Source: a virus
Lineage: Duplodnaviria > Caudoviricetes
Virus record (IMG/VR): IMGVR_UViG_3300020431_000033
Location: 1-25,901 of that record
Strand: one strand, 5' to 3'
DNA: 25,901 nucleotides
A program made the position numbers and the translations under genes. Of this stretch, positions 9,407-18,593 are shown in pieces. The notes beneath the pieces are model-generated. The model did no database searches and was not told the origin of the DNA. It saw only the letters and a program-made list of their open reading frames with translations. The first letter of the stretch is position 1, and the number at the start of each line of letters is the position of its first letter.

Positions 9407-10206
9407 TGTTAGGCACATACTATTACCACGAAATCATCAGACGTACTATTATTGCGTTTGGTACGGTCTTTAATGATATCAACATCAGACACAAAAATAA
9501 AGATGGTGATAGTATCAGTCAGATGAAAGTTCCTCTGGCTTATGGTCCTATGCAAAAGTTCCTTGCAAGATTGGAACAACAAGCAGATTTGAACAAGGCA
9601 GTTCAGATTACACTGCCTCGAATGTCGTTTGAGATGAATTCACTCACATATGATCCAACTAGAAAGACTGGTATTACTCAGACTTTCAAAGCGGTTGGTG
9701 ATGATGGGCAAATGAAGAAGGTCTTCATGCCTGTCCCATATAATATTGGATTCGAACTCAACATTTTAACAAAGTTGAATGATGATTCACTCCAGATTAT
9801 TGAGCAAATTTTACCATACTTCCAACCTTCATTCAACTTGACTGTTGACTTGGTAGATGCGATCAACGAAAAGAAAGATATTCCCGTTGTATTAGATAGC
9901 ATTTCTTTCCAAGACGACTATGAAGGAGATTTCTCTACAAGACGTGCCTTAATATATACTTTACAGTTCACAGCAAAGACTTATTTGTTTGGTCCTGTCG
10001 CAGAATCTTCCGATGGTCTTATCAAGAAGGTTCAAGTGGATATGTACAACGATACAAATATTCAGACAGCGAAGCGCGAAGTAAGATATACAGTTACTCC
10101 TGATCCAATCTCAGCTGGACCAGAAGATGATTTTGGATTCTCTGAAACAACTCATTTCTATTCAGATTCCAAGAACTATAGTCCTACAAGACAGGAAGAC
10201 ATTTAG
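9406..10206 (+). CDS. g15: Tail sheath stabiliser / tail terminator gp15
   Basis: YYYHEIIRRTIIAFGTVFNDI, VPLAYGP.QKFLARL, LPRMSFE, PVPYNI.FEL, QIIEQILPYFQP. Confidence 0.95.
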   Translation: MLGTYYYHEIIRRTIIAFGTVFNDINIRHKNKDGDSISQMKVPLAYGPMQKFLARLEQQADLNKAVQITLPRMSFEMNSLTYDPTRKTGITQTFKAVGDDGQMKKVFMPVPYNIGFELNILTKLNDDSLQIIEQILPYFQPSFNLTVDLVDAINEKKDIPVVLDSISFQDDYEGDFSTRRALIYTLQFTAKTYLFGPVAESSDGLIKKVQVDMYNDTNIQTAKREVRYTVTPDPISAGPEDDFGFSETTHFYSDSKNYSPTRQEDI

Positions 10207-10212
10207 TAGTTT

Positions 10213-10635
10213 ATGACTAACTTTGATCCTATTGATGAAGCTTTGAATATCTCTAGTGATATTGTGGAAGTCGAAAAGGCGCCTATTAAAAAGGAAAAAC
10301 CACAAGTTGATGATATCAAAAAAGATTATGAATATACAAGAGCAAATCTATATTCATTAATCGAAAAGGGTCAAGAAGCAATCAATGGTATCATGGAACT
10401 TGCAGGAGAAAGTGCAAGTCCCAGAGCATATGAAGTTGCTGGTCAGTTAATCAAGAGTGTTGCTGATACAACCGATAAGTTAGCAGACTTACAGAAGAAA
10501 GTAAAAGACTTGGAGGATGAATCTACCAAGACTACAAATAATAATGTAACTAATAACGCATTGTTTGTAGGTTCTACATCTGAACTATCCAAACTATTAA
10601 AACAAGGTTTTCTAAATAATAATGAGGATTCTTAG
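10213..10635 (+). CDS. g16: Terminase small subunit gp16
   Basis: DYEYTRANLY, SPRAYEVAGQLIK, NNALFVGSTSEL motifs; synteny. Confidence 0.93.
   Translation: MTNFDPIDEALNISSDIVEVEKAPIKKEKPQVDDIKKDYEYTRANLYSLIEKGQEAINGIMELAGESASPRAYEVAGQLIKSVADTTDKLADLQKKVKDLEDESTKTTNNNVTNNALFVGSTSELSKLLKQGFLNNNEDS
10612..10618 (+). promoter_or_regulatory. Putative late promoter inside the 3' end of g16
   Basis: CTAAATA followed by a GAGG Shine-Dalgarno (10624-10627) and the GTG at 10635. Confidence 0.55.
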
Positions 10636-11939
10636 TGTCTAAGATGAATGAATCGAAAAGTGGTGATAGTTCTTTGCGCGACTGGTTTGGCAAGAGTCGG
10701 TCTTCTGATGGCAAGCCTGGTTGGGTTCAATTGGGCGGTAAGTATGCAGGAAAACCCTGCGCCAAGCAACCTGGACAAACCACAAAACCCAAGTGTGGAT
10801 CTTCAAAAATGAAGAGAAACCTTGATAAGGACGAAGAGCAAGCAGCGTTTCGTCGTAAGCAACGTCAAGATCCAAATCCAGATAGAAAAGGGAAGGCAAT
10901 CAACGTGAAGACAGAATCATATGTAGCAGGAAAACCTGCAGAAAAATTAGACGCTGTAACTGCGATTCCTAAGAAAGAGCAAGATGCCGCGAGAGAAAGA
11001 CTTTTAGCGAAGGCAAAAGCAAAGCGTGAATCAATGAAAGAGGGAAAGGGTGAAAAGGACGCTTGTTACCATAAGGTTAAATCTCGTTATTCTGTATGGC
11101 CTTCTGCTTACGCCTCAGGTGCTCTGGTCAAGTGTCGTAAAGTCGGTGCTGCTAACTGGGGAAACAAAACTAAAAAGGAAAGTTTTGAACCAGAAGCAAA
11201 AGAAGGTCTCACATTCCAACAGTTCCAAGAAAAGTGCTGGAAGGGATATGAGAAGAAAGGCATGAAGACAATGTTTGGTAAGAGATATCCAAACTGCGTC
11301 AAGAAAGAAGATGTAGACTTAGATCAGATGCAGAAAGATGCCACTGCTAATCGTGATAGAGCAGCAAAGGCAAAGAAGAATACTGTAACCAGAGGTTCTG
11401 CTGCTTTTGCCGCTGCTAAGGTTGCAGATGATGTAAAGAAGGCAGCAAGAACTGGTCCCCAACAACATAAAGGACCCAGAACTGGTGTGAAAAGAATTGA
11501 AAAACCAGCACCAACGCACACAAAAACTGGTGCAAGTCGTGTTGAGTCCTATGAGATTGACACAAAAAAGCATAGAGCCGCCCAAAGGGATGCGAAGATT
11601 GGCAACTTAGCCAGAAACACTTCTAATCCTGGAGAAAAGGCGGCTGCTGAGAAGAAGTCAAAAGGACCAAAGATGTTCGGTGAAGACTGGCAAAAAGTCA
11701 ACAAGTCTGATAAGACTGATGGCATGAGTCAGAAAGCAGTAAATGCTTATCGTCGTGAGAATCCAGGTTCTAAGTTGAAGACTGCCGTAACAGGCAATCC
11801 TAAGAAAGGAAGTAAGGACTCTAAGAGAAGATCAAGTTATTGCTCTCGCTCTGAGGGTCAGAAGAAGATGCACAATATTGATTGTACTAAGACCCCAGAT
11901 AAAGCAATTTGTAAAGCCCGTAAACGTTGGAAGTGTTGA
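10635..11939 (+). CDS. Lys/Arg-rich, Cys-containing modular protein between g16 and g17 (candidate internal head polyprotein)
   Basis: 434-aa ORF with a GTG start overlapping the g16 stop and an SD 7 nt upstream; several discrete basic modules with Cys pairs separated by Glu-ending linkers. Confidence 0.8.
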   Translation: MSKMNESKSGDSSLRDWFGKSRSSDGKPGWVQLGGKYAGKPCAKQPGQTTKPKCGSSKMKRNLDKDEEQAAFRRKQRQDPNPDRKGKAINVKTESYVAGKPAEKLDAVTAIPKKEQDAARERLLAKAKAKRESMKEGKGEKDACYHKVKSRYSVWPSAYASGALVKCRKVGAANWGNKTKKESFEPEAKEGLTFQQFQEKCWKGYEKKGMKTMFGKRYPNCVKKEDVDLDQMQKDATANRDRAAKAKKNTVTRGSAAFAAAKVADDVKKAARTGPQQHKGPRTGVKRIEKPAPTHTKTGASRVESYEIDTKKHRAAQRDAKIGNLARNTSNPGEKAAAEKKSKGPKMFGEDWQKVNKSDKTDGMSQKAVNAYRRENPGSKLKTAVTGNPKKGSKDSKRRSSYCSRSEGQKKMHNIDCTKTPDKAICKARKRWKC

Positions 11940-11950
11940 TTTGATTTTGT

Positions 11951-13600
11951 ATGAGTGATCAGTATCTTGGTAATCCTAATCTAAAAAAGGCAAATCAATC
12001 AATATCCTGGACTAAGGATCAGATTCTTGAATTTGTCCGTTGTAAAGAAGATCCAGTATATTTTGCGAGACGATATATTAAAATCGTTTCTCTTGATGAG
12101 GGACTTGTCCCGTTCAACATGTATGAGTTTCAAGAAAAACTGATACGTAACTTCCATGAGAACAGATTTAATATATGCAAGATGCCTCGCCAAACAGGTA
12201 AGTCTACTACTTGTGTATCATATCTTCTACACTACGCTGTTTTTAACGATAATGTTAACATCGCGATCCTAGCAAACAAGGCATCAACTGCGCGAGACTT
12301 GCTTGGAAGATTACAACTTGCATATGAGAACTTGCCTTCTTGGATGCAACAGGGTATTATATCTTGGAATAAAGGATCACTAGAACTAGAAAATGGCTCA
12401 AAAATTTCGGCAAACTCTACTTCTTCATCTGCTGTCCGTGGTGGATCGTACAATGTCATCTTTCTTGACGAATTCGCATTCATCCCGAACCACATCGCTG
12501 ATGACTTCTTTGCCTCTGTTTATCCTACTATTTCTTCTGGTCAAAGCACCAAGGTAATTATTGTATCAACGCCTCGCGGTATGAATCACTTCTACCGTAT
12601 GTGGCATGATTCTGAAAAAGGTAAGAACGAATATATTCCAACTGACGTTCATTGGTCAGAGGTTCCTGGTAGAGATCAGGTTTGGAAAGAGCAGACAATT
12701 GCCAACACTTCCGAACAGCAGTTCAAGGTTGAGTTTGAGTGTGAGTTTCTAGGATCTGTTAATACTCTTATTAATCCATCTAAGTTAAGAAATCTTGTTT
12801 ATGAAGACCCAGTTCAAAGAAATGCAGGTTTGGATATCTACAAGAAGTCCAAGCCAGAACATAACTACCTTCTTACTGTTGACGTTGCTCGTGGTCTGGG
12901 GAATGACTATAGTGCATTTGTCGTCTTTGATATTACAAACTTCCCATATCAAGTAGTTGCAAAGTATAGGAACAATGAAATCAAACCGATGTTGTTCCCA
13001 AATATTATTCAGCAGACAGCAAAGAATTATAATGATGCTTGGGTGCTAGTAGAAGTCAATGATATTGGAGAGCAAGTAGCAAGTATTCTCCATTATGACT
13101 TAGAGTATGAGAATATGTTGATGGCTGCTATGAGAGGACGTGCTGGTCAAGTTGTCGGTCACGGTTTTTCTGGTAAGAAATCTCAGATGGGTGTAAGAAC
13201 AACTGCACAAGTCAAGAAACTTGGTTGTTCTAATCTAAAGACACTGTTGGAAGATGATAAGATTATCACAACAGATTATGATATTATTTCAGAACTTACA
13301 ACCTTTGCCCAGAAGCATAATTCTTTTGAAGCAGAAGAAGGTTGTAATGATGACCTTGCAATGTGCTTGGTTATTTTCTCTTGGTTAGTAGCACAAGACT
13401 ACTTCAAGGAGATGACTGATAATGATGTAAGAAAGAGAATATATGAAGAACAGAAAAATCAAATTGATCAAGATATGGCGCCCTTTGGATTCTTAGATGA
13501 TGGTATCAACGATATAACTGGTTCATTTGTAGATAATGATGGGGATAGATGGCACGCTGATGAATATGGTGATAGATCCTATATGTGGGATTATTACTAA
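11951..13600 (+). CDS. g17: Terminase large subunit gp17
   Basis: Walker A MPRQTGKST, Walker B VIFLDEFAF, VSTPRG coupling motif, RNase H-like nuclease VDVARG..DYSA and NDDLAM. Confidence 0.97.
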   Translation: MSDQYLGNPNLKKANQSISWTKDQILEFVRCKEDPVYFARRYIKIVSLDEGLVPFNMYEFQEKLIRNFHENRFNICKMPRQTGKSTTCVSYLLHYAVFNDNVNIAILANKASTARDLLGRLQLAYENLPSWMQQGIISWNKGSLELENGSKISANSTSSSAVRGGSYNVIFLDEFAFIPNHIADDFFASVYPTISSGQSTKVIIVSTPRGMNHFYRMWHDSEKGKNEYIPTDVHWSEVPGRDQVWKEQTIANTSEQQFKVEFECEFLGSVNTLINPSKLRNLVYEDPVQRNAGLDIYKKSKPEHNYLLTVDVARGLGNDYSAFVVFDITNFPYQVVAKYRNNEIKPMLFPNIIQQTAKNYNDAWVLVEVNDIGEQVASILHYDLEYENMLMAAMRGRAGQVVGHGFSGKKSQMGVRTTAQVKKLGCSNLKTLLEDDKIITTDYDIISELTTFAQKHNSFEAEEGCNDDLAMCLVIFSWLVAQDYFKEMTDNDVRKRIYEEQKNQIDQDMAPFGFLDDGINDITGSFVDNDGDRWHADEYGDRSYMWDYY

Positions 13601-13830
13601 TGGATTTTGATAAGCAGATTGAATTAGAACATTTACTTTTTTCACAAAGGAAGTGTAGAACCTGCGGAGAAGTAAAAAGTCTGCTTGATGATTTTTATTT
13701 GATTAGAAAGAGAAAAGCAGTAACTCCAAGTTCATATTCATATGAATGTAAGGTATGTACTATCAAAAGAGTTAAAGAAAAAAAGAAGGCATCCTATACT
13801 AATATGAACTGGGAATATCCCGACTGGTAG
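13600..13830 (+). CDS. Small Zn-ribbon protein (CxxC...CxxC), 76 aa
   Basis: TAATG coupling to the g17 stop favours a start at 13600 (MDFDKQIELEHLL) over 13585. Contains RKCRTCGEVK...FY...SYECKVC, a basic tail, and ends WEYPDW. Confidence 0.8.
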   Translation: MDFDKQIELEHLLFSQRKCRTCGEVKSLLDDFYLIRKRKAVTPSSYSYECKVCTIKRVKEKKKASYTNMNWEYPDW

Positions 13831-13867
13831 TTCATGCATCGTTTCCCCGTTTGAAATACCCCTTTTG

Positions 13868-13874
13868 ATAAATA
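13868..13874 (+). promoter_or_regulatory. Late promoter for g18-g19
   Basis: ATAAATA in the intergenic gap; AGGAG SD at 13897-13901. Confidence 0.7.
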
Positions 13875-13908
13875 TTTTTAGATAAATTTGGATAAAAGGA
13901 GACTTAAG

Positions 13909-16077
13909 ATGCCACTTAATTTAGCATCTCCTGGAATTGTTGTTAGGGAAGTAGACCTAACCTTAGGAAGAGTTGATCCAACTACTGATAAAACTGGTGC
14001 TCTTGTAGCACCTTTCGCAAAAGGTCCTGTAAATGTACCGGTTGTTGTAACTGGTGAGCAAGATTTACTTGATACTTTTGGAAAGCCACATAGCACTGAT
14101 AAGCATTATGAGCATTGGATGGTTGCATCCTCGTTCTTAGCATATGGTGGCAATCTTAACGTAGTAAGATCTGATGATACTGATCTAGCTAACGCTTTTA
14201 GTGGAGCTGCTGCTTCCATTAAAATCAACAGCACTGACGATTATGTCAACAAGCAATATGATGAAAATGTAATCACAGGCGTAACAGTTGCTGCAAGAAA
14301 TCCAGGATCTTGGGCAAACGGTATTAAAGTTGCGATCATTGATGCAAAGGTAGACCAAGTTCTTTCTGGCGTTGATGTTGCTTCACCTTCAGGTGCTGCT
14401 GCTATCACCGTTGGTTGTGGTGTTACTCAGGTAATTGATAAGACTTTGCCTGGTGCTGGTTCAACATCAGTTTTGGACGGACACCTGAAAGGAATCATTA
14501 CTGAAGTAGGAACAGATACTATTGGTATTAAAGTTCTTTCTCACGTAACTGCTGCTGGTGTAGAAACCGACGTTGATTATCAACCCGGTGGTGTTTATGA
14601 GTTCACAAGCACAGGTGCTGTTGCTATCCACACCGCTGGACAAGCAGTATCATATGCTTCTACCAACTATACCGGTTCTTCTGACTGGTTCAATGCACAG
14701 AATATCACACTCAGTGATTCTACTCTAAGTTGGAGTGGATTAGCAGAGCGTCCTGGTACCTCATCTTATGGTTCCAACAGAGGAGCAAGATTCGACGAAG
14801 TTCACGTTGTTGTTATTGACGACAAAGGAACCGTTAGCGGAAATGCTGGTACTATCTTAGAGAAGCACCTCGCACTTTCCAAAGCAAAAGATGCTGAGTA
14901 CTCCGTAGGAAGCACAGCATACTGGAGAAAGTATCTTTACAACAACTCCGAAAACATTTTCGGTGGTGCTCAACCTGCTGGTATTACCACAACTGCTTTC
15001 AGTTCTGGATTTACTCTGGCGACTGATAACAGCTGGGATCAAGATGCTAGTGGAATCAAGTATGGTGCTACTGGTAATAATACAGTTACTCTTGGTGGTG
15101 GTGAAAACTACGACGGAACAACTGATATTACTGCCTCTGGTGCTTTGACTGCTACGATTGGTAGTCTTTCTTCTGGATATGACTTGTTCTCAAATCCAGA
15201 TAACTATGCCGCAGACTTTGTTCTGATGGGTTCTGCAAACTATCCTAAAGAGGATGCACAAGCACTTGCTAACAAGTGTATTGCTGTTGCAGAAGGAAGA
15301 CAGGATTCTGTTGCTTTCGTTTCACCCCATAGAACTGCATTCTTAACAGATACTTCCACCGGAACCGTAACTGTTAATAATGACGAAACTATCACAACCA
15401 ACGTACTTGGTTATGCTGCTGCTGTTACATCTTCAACATACGGTGTAATCGATAGTGGTTACAAGTACATGTTTGATAGATTCCAAGACACATTTAGATA
15501 TGTTCCTCTGAACGGTGACATCGCTGGTCTTTGTGCTAGAAATGACATCAACAACTTCCCATGGTTCTCACCTGCTGGAACTGCTAGAGGTGCAATCCTG
15601 AATGCTGTCAAACTTGCATATAATCCTTCCAAGACACAGAGAGATAAGTTGTACTCAGCTAGAGTCAACCCTGTAATCTTCTCTCCTGGTGCTGGTATTG
15701 TTCTCTTTGGTGATAAGACCGCTTTTGGTAAGGCTTCTGCCTTCGATAGAATTAACGTTCGTCGCTTGTTCATCTTCTTGGAGAATGCAATTAGCGCTGC
15801 TGCTAAAGATCAACTGTTTGAGTTCAACGATGAGATTACAAGAACTAACTTTGTAAATATCGTAGAACCCTTCTTACGCGATGTACAAGCAAAGCGTGGT
15901 ATTACAGACTACGTAGTTATTTGTGATGAAACAAATAACACTGCCGCCATTATAGATAATAATGAGTTTGTGGCAGATATCTTCATCAAACCCGCAAGAT
16001 CTATTAACTTCATCGGTCTTACGTTTGTCGCCACCAGAACTGGTGTTTCATTTGAAGAAGTAATCGGTAACGTTTAA
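13909..16077 (+). CDS. g18: Tail sheath protein gp18
   Basis: Start placed at ATG 13909 (SD AGGAG 7 nt upstream) rather than TTG 13888. LASPGIVVREVDLT, PWFSPAG..RG, FGDKT, SAFDRINVRRLF, LFEFND, IKPARSINFI. Confidence 0.97.
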   Translation: MPLNLASPGIVVREVDLTLGRVDPTTDKTGALVAPFAKGPVNVPVVVTGEQDLLDTFGKPHSTDKHYEHWMVASSFLAYGGNLNVVRSDDTDLANAFSGAAASIKINSTDDYVNKQYDENVITGVTVAARNPGSWANGIKVAIIDAKVDQVLSGVDVASPSGAAAITVGCGVTQVIDKTLPGAGSTSVLDGHLKGIITEVGTDTIGIKVLSHVTAAGVETDVDYQPGGVYEFTSTGAVAIHTAGQAVSYASTNYTGSSDWFNAQNITLSDSTLSWSGLAERPGTSSYGSNRGARFDEVHVVVIDDKGTVSGNAGTILEKHLALSKAKDAEYSVGSTAYWRKYLYNNSENIFGGAQPAGITTTAFSSGFTLATDNSWDQDASGIKYGATGNNTVTLGGGENYDGTTDITASGALTATIGSLSSGYDLFSNPDNYAADFVLMGSANYPKEDAQALANKCIAVAEGRQDSVAFVSPHRTAFLTDTSTGTVTVNNDETITTNVLGYAAAVTSSTYGVIDSGYKYMFDRFQDTFRYVPLNGDIAGLCARNDINNFPWFSPAGTARGAILNAVKLAYNPSKTQRDKLYSARVNPVIFSPGAGIVLFGDKTAFGKASAFDRINVRRLFIFLENAISAAAKDQLFEFNDEITRTNFVNIVEPFLRDVQAKRGITDYVVICDETNNTAAIIDNNEFVADIFIKPARSINFIGLTFVATRTGVSFEEVIGNV

Positions 16078-16097
16078 TTTAGAGGTTTAAAAGAAAA

Positions 16098-16691
16098 ATG
16101 CCTAGCCGTAATCAACAAAATTCTATTCCTTTAAGGAAGATCACCGATTTCAAGAGCAAACTAGCGGGTGGTGGTGCAAGACCCAATCTATTTGAGGTTC
16201 AACTTGCTTTCCCAGATGCAGTTGCCGTTGAGAATGATGTCTTGTCTAAAGCAAGATTTCTTGTCAAGGCAGCTGCTCTGCCCGCATCAACAATTGCTCC
16301 TATTGAAGTCCCATTCAGAGGTCGTATTCTGAAAGTTGCTGGAGACAGAACTTTCGAGACTTGGACAATCACCGTTCTTAACGATAGTGATTTCTCAATC
16401 AGATCTGCTTTCGAGAAGTGGATGAATACCATCAACAGCATGAATGATGCAACTGGACTCGTTAATCCAGATGACTATCAGGCAGATGCTTATGTCTATC
16501 AGTTAGACAGAGATGGTGGAATCCTCAGATCTTACAGATTCTATGATACATTCCCAACGAATATATCTACAATCGATCTGAACTATGAGACCACAGATAC
16601 CATTGAAGAGTTCACTGTAGAACTTCAAGTTCATTGGTGGGAAGCTTCTAAGGGAACTTCTCCCGCAGCGGGTGGTGAAGACATCAACTAA
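16098..16691 (+). CDS. g19: Tail tube protein gp19
   Basis: GGGARPNLFEV, AAALPASTI..IEVPFRGR..KVAGDRTFETWTITV.ND, FP.NISTIDL, IEEFTVE. Confidence 0.97.
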   Translation: MPSRNQQNSIPLRKITDFKSKLAGGGARPNLFEVQLAFPDAVAVENDVLSKARFLVKAAALPASTIAPIEVPFRGRILKVAGDRTFETWTITVLNDSDFSIRSAFEKWMNTINSMNDATGLVNPDDYQADAYVYQLDRDGGILRSYRFYDTFPTNISTIDLNYETTDTIEEFTVELQVHWWEASKGTSPAAGGEDIN

Positions 16692-16694
16692 ATA
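16688..16694 (+). promoter_or_regulatory. Putative late promoter for g20, overlapping the g19 stop codon
   Basis: CTAAATA containing the TAA stop (16689-16691). Confidence 0.6.
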
Positions 16695-16722
16695 ATAAAA
16701 TAAAGACAACCCGTTTTATAAT

Positions 16723-18363
16723 ATGGCCAGACTATTTGGTTTTTCAATTGAGGATACAGAAAAGAAATCCCCTAGCGTCGTCTCCCCCGTTCCTCCTTCA
16801 AACGAGGACGGGGTTGACAACTATATTGCTAGTGGATTTTATGGTCAATACGTAGATATTGAAGGTGTATATCGCAATGAGAATGATCTCATAAGAAGAT
16901 ATAGAGAGATGGCAGTCCATCCAGAATGCGATGGTGCTGTTGAAGATGTTGTTAATGAAGCAATCGTCAGCGACTTGTACGATTCTCCTATTGAAATTGA
17001 ACTTTCTAACGTAAATGCTAGCGACAAGCTAAAAAAAGTAATTAGAAATGAGTTCAAGTATATTAAAGAAATTTTAGATTTTGATAGAAAATCACACGAA
17101 ATCTTTAGAAATTGGTATATTGATGGTAGATTATACTATCTGAAAGTTATTGATCAGAAGAAACCTCAAGAGGGTATCAAAGAACTAAGGTACATTGATC
17201 CTCTGAAAATGAGGTACGTACGTCAAGAGAAGAAAAATAAAGCAAATACTGGTAATTATATCAATCTTCAAACTGGACAAAAGAACGATAAAGTTCTTTC
17301 ACCAGAGATTGAAGAGTTCTTCATGTATACACCAGGAGCAAAGTATCCTACACAAACTCTTACTGGTAGTCAAGCATCCAAGACTGCAATCAAGATTGCT
17401 AAAGATTCTGTAGTATATTGTAGTTCTGGTCTTGTTGATAGAAACAAGGGAACCGTTCTTTCATATCTCCATAAGGCAATCAAGGCACTCAATCAACTTA
17501 GAATGATTGAGGATTCTTTGGTTATCTACAGACTTTCCAGAGCACCAGAACGTAGAATTTTCTATATTGACGTTGGTAATCTTCCAAAGGTAAAAGCAGA
17601 GCAATACCTCAAAGAGGTAATGTCTCGTTATAGAAACAAACTTGTCTATAACGCTGCTACTGGTGAAGTTCGTGATGATCGCAAATATATGTCCATGATG
17701 GAAGACTTCTGGCTTCCTAGAAGAGAAGGTGGTAGAGGAACTGAAATCACCACACTGCCTGGTGGTCAGAATCTGGGTGAACTTGCTGATATTGAATATT
17801 TCCAGAAGAAACTGTATAGAGCACTGAACGTACCCGAGTCTAGAATCGCCAGTGATGGTGGATTTAATCTTGGTCGTTCTTCTGAGATTCTGCGTGATGA
17901 ACTTAAGTTCTCCAAGTTTGTTGGTCGTTTGAGAAAGAGATTTGCTCAAATGTTCAACGATATGTTGAAGACTCAACTGATTTTGAAGAACATTGTAACA
18001 CCAGAGGATTGGGAAAAACTGAGTGATCATATTCAGTATGACTTCCTGTATGATAATCAGTTTGCAGAATTGAAAGAATCTGAAATGCTTTCAGAGCGTT
18101 TGAATATTCTTGCAACTATTGAACCCTTCATTGGTAAGTATTACTCCAATGAGTATGTTCGCAGAAAAGTTCTGAGACAAACTGATGCTGAAATGATTGA
18201 AATCGATGAGCAAATCGAACAAGAAATCAAGGATGGTATCATTCCAGACCCTGCTGCTGTGGACCCAATCACGGGTGAACCACTAGATGCGGGGGGTGGA
18301 GATCTAGGTGCTCCAGTCACAGAACCAGACCTAGAAGCAGACGCCAAGGTCGCTGAGATATAA
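16723..18363 (+). CDS. g20: Portal protein gp20
   Basis: MARLFGFSI, FRNWYIDGR, SYLHKAIKALNQLRMIEDSLVIYRLSRAPERRIFYIDVGNLPK, EDFWLPRREGGRGTEITTLPGG, RDELKFSKF. Confidence 0.98.
   Translation: MARLFGFSIEDTEKKSPSVVSPVPPSNEDGVDNYIASGFYGQYVDIEGVYRNENDLIRRYREMAVHPECDGAVEDVVNEAIVSDLYDSPIEIELSNVNASDKLKKVIRNEFKYIKEILDFDRKSHEIFRNWYIDGRLYYLKVIDQKKPQEGIKELRYIDPLKMRYVRQEKKNKANTGNYINLQTGQKNDKVLSPEIEEFFMYTPGAKYPTQTLTGSQASKTAIKIAKDSVVYCSSGLVDRNKGTVLSYLHKAIKALNQLRMIEDSLVIYRLSRAPERRIFYIDVGNLPKVKAEQYLKEVMSRYRNKLVYNAATGEVRDDRKYMSMMEDFWLPRREGGRGTEITTLPGGQNLGELADIEYFQKKLYRALNVPESRIASDGGFNLGRSSEILRDELKFSKFVGRLRKRFAQMFNDMLKTQLILKNIVTPEDWEKLSDHIQYDFLYDNQFAELKESEMLSERLNILATIEPFIGKYYSNEYVRRKVLRQTDAEMIEIDEQIEQEIKDGIIPDPAAVDPITGEPLDAGGGDLGAPVTEPDLEADAKVAEI
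16785..16813 (+). promoter_or_regulatory. GC-rich intragenic stem-loop near the 5' end of g20
   Basis: CCCCGT(T)CCTC pairs with GAGGACGGGG (10 bp, one bulge) around an 8-nt loop CTTCAAAC. Confidence 0.55.
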
Positions 18364-18366
18364 ATA
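18359..18366 (+). promoter_or_regulatory. Late promoter overlapping the g20 stop
   Basis: Exact TATAAATA containing TAA 18361-18363. Confidence 0.8.
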
Positions 18367-18392
18367 ATCAAATATAACTATATTAAGTTTTT

Positions 18393-18593
18393 ATGGATAA
18401 CGTAATCGATTTGATTGCTACTGATGCTTCTGCTGCAGATATCAGCGATAAGATCAAAGAACTAATGTATGCAAAAGCAGGTGAAAGGGTCGAAACAATT
18501 CGTCCCACTGTAGCACAGTCAATGTTTGATCAACCAGACCAGGTTGATGAACCCGAAACTGAAATTGATCAAGAACCACAAGAGGAAGAATAA
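18393..18593 (+). CDS. Small acidic prohead core protein (gp67-like by position and composition)
   Basis: 66 aa, helical N-terminus and D/E-rich tail; lies directly after the portal gene, as gp67 does in T4. Confidence 0.65.
   Translation: MDNVIDLIATDASAADISDKIKELMYAKAGERVETIRPTVAQSMFDQPDQVDEPETEIDQEPQEEE

Noticed and set aside
13585-13599. Track start (MGLLL...) of the Zn-ribbon ORF, and likewise TTG 13888 for g18
   Set aside because: TAATG coupling at 13600 and the SD-supported ATG at 13909 are better starts.
16814-16842. TTGACA inside g20 as an internal sigma70 promoter
   Set aside because: The hexamer at 17-nt spacing is TTTTAT, a poor -10.
17461-18030. 189-aa minus-strand ORF
   Set aside because: Antisense to the most conserved part of the portal gene; no recognisable motifs; a shadow ORF.
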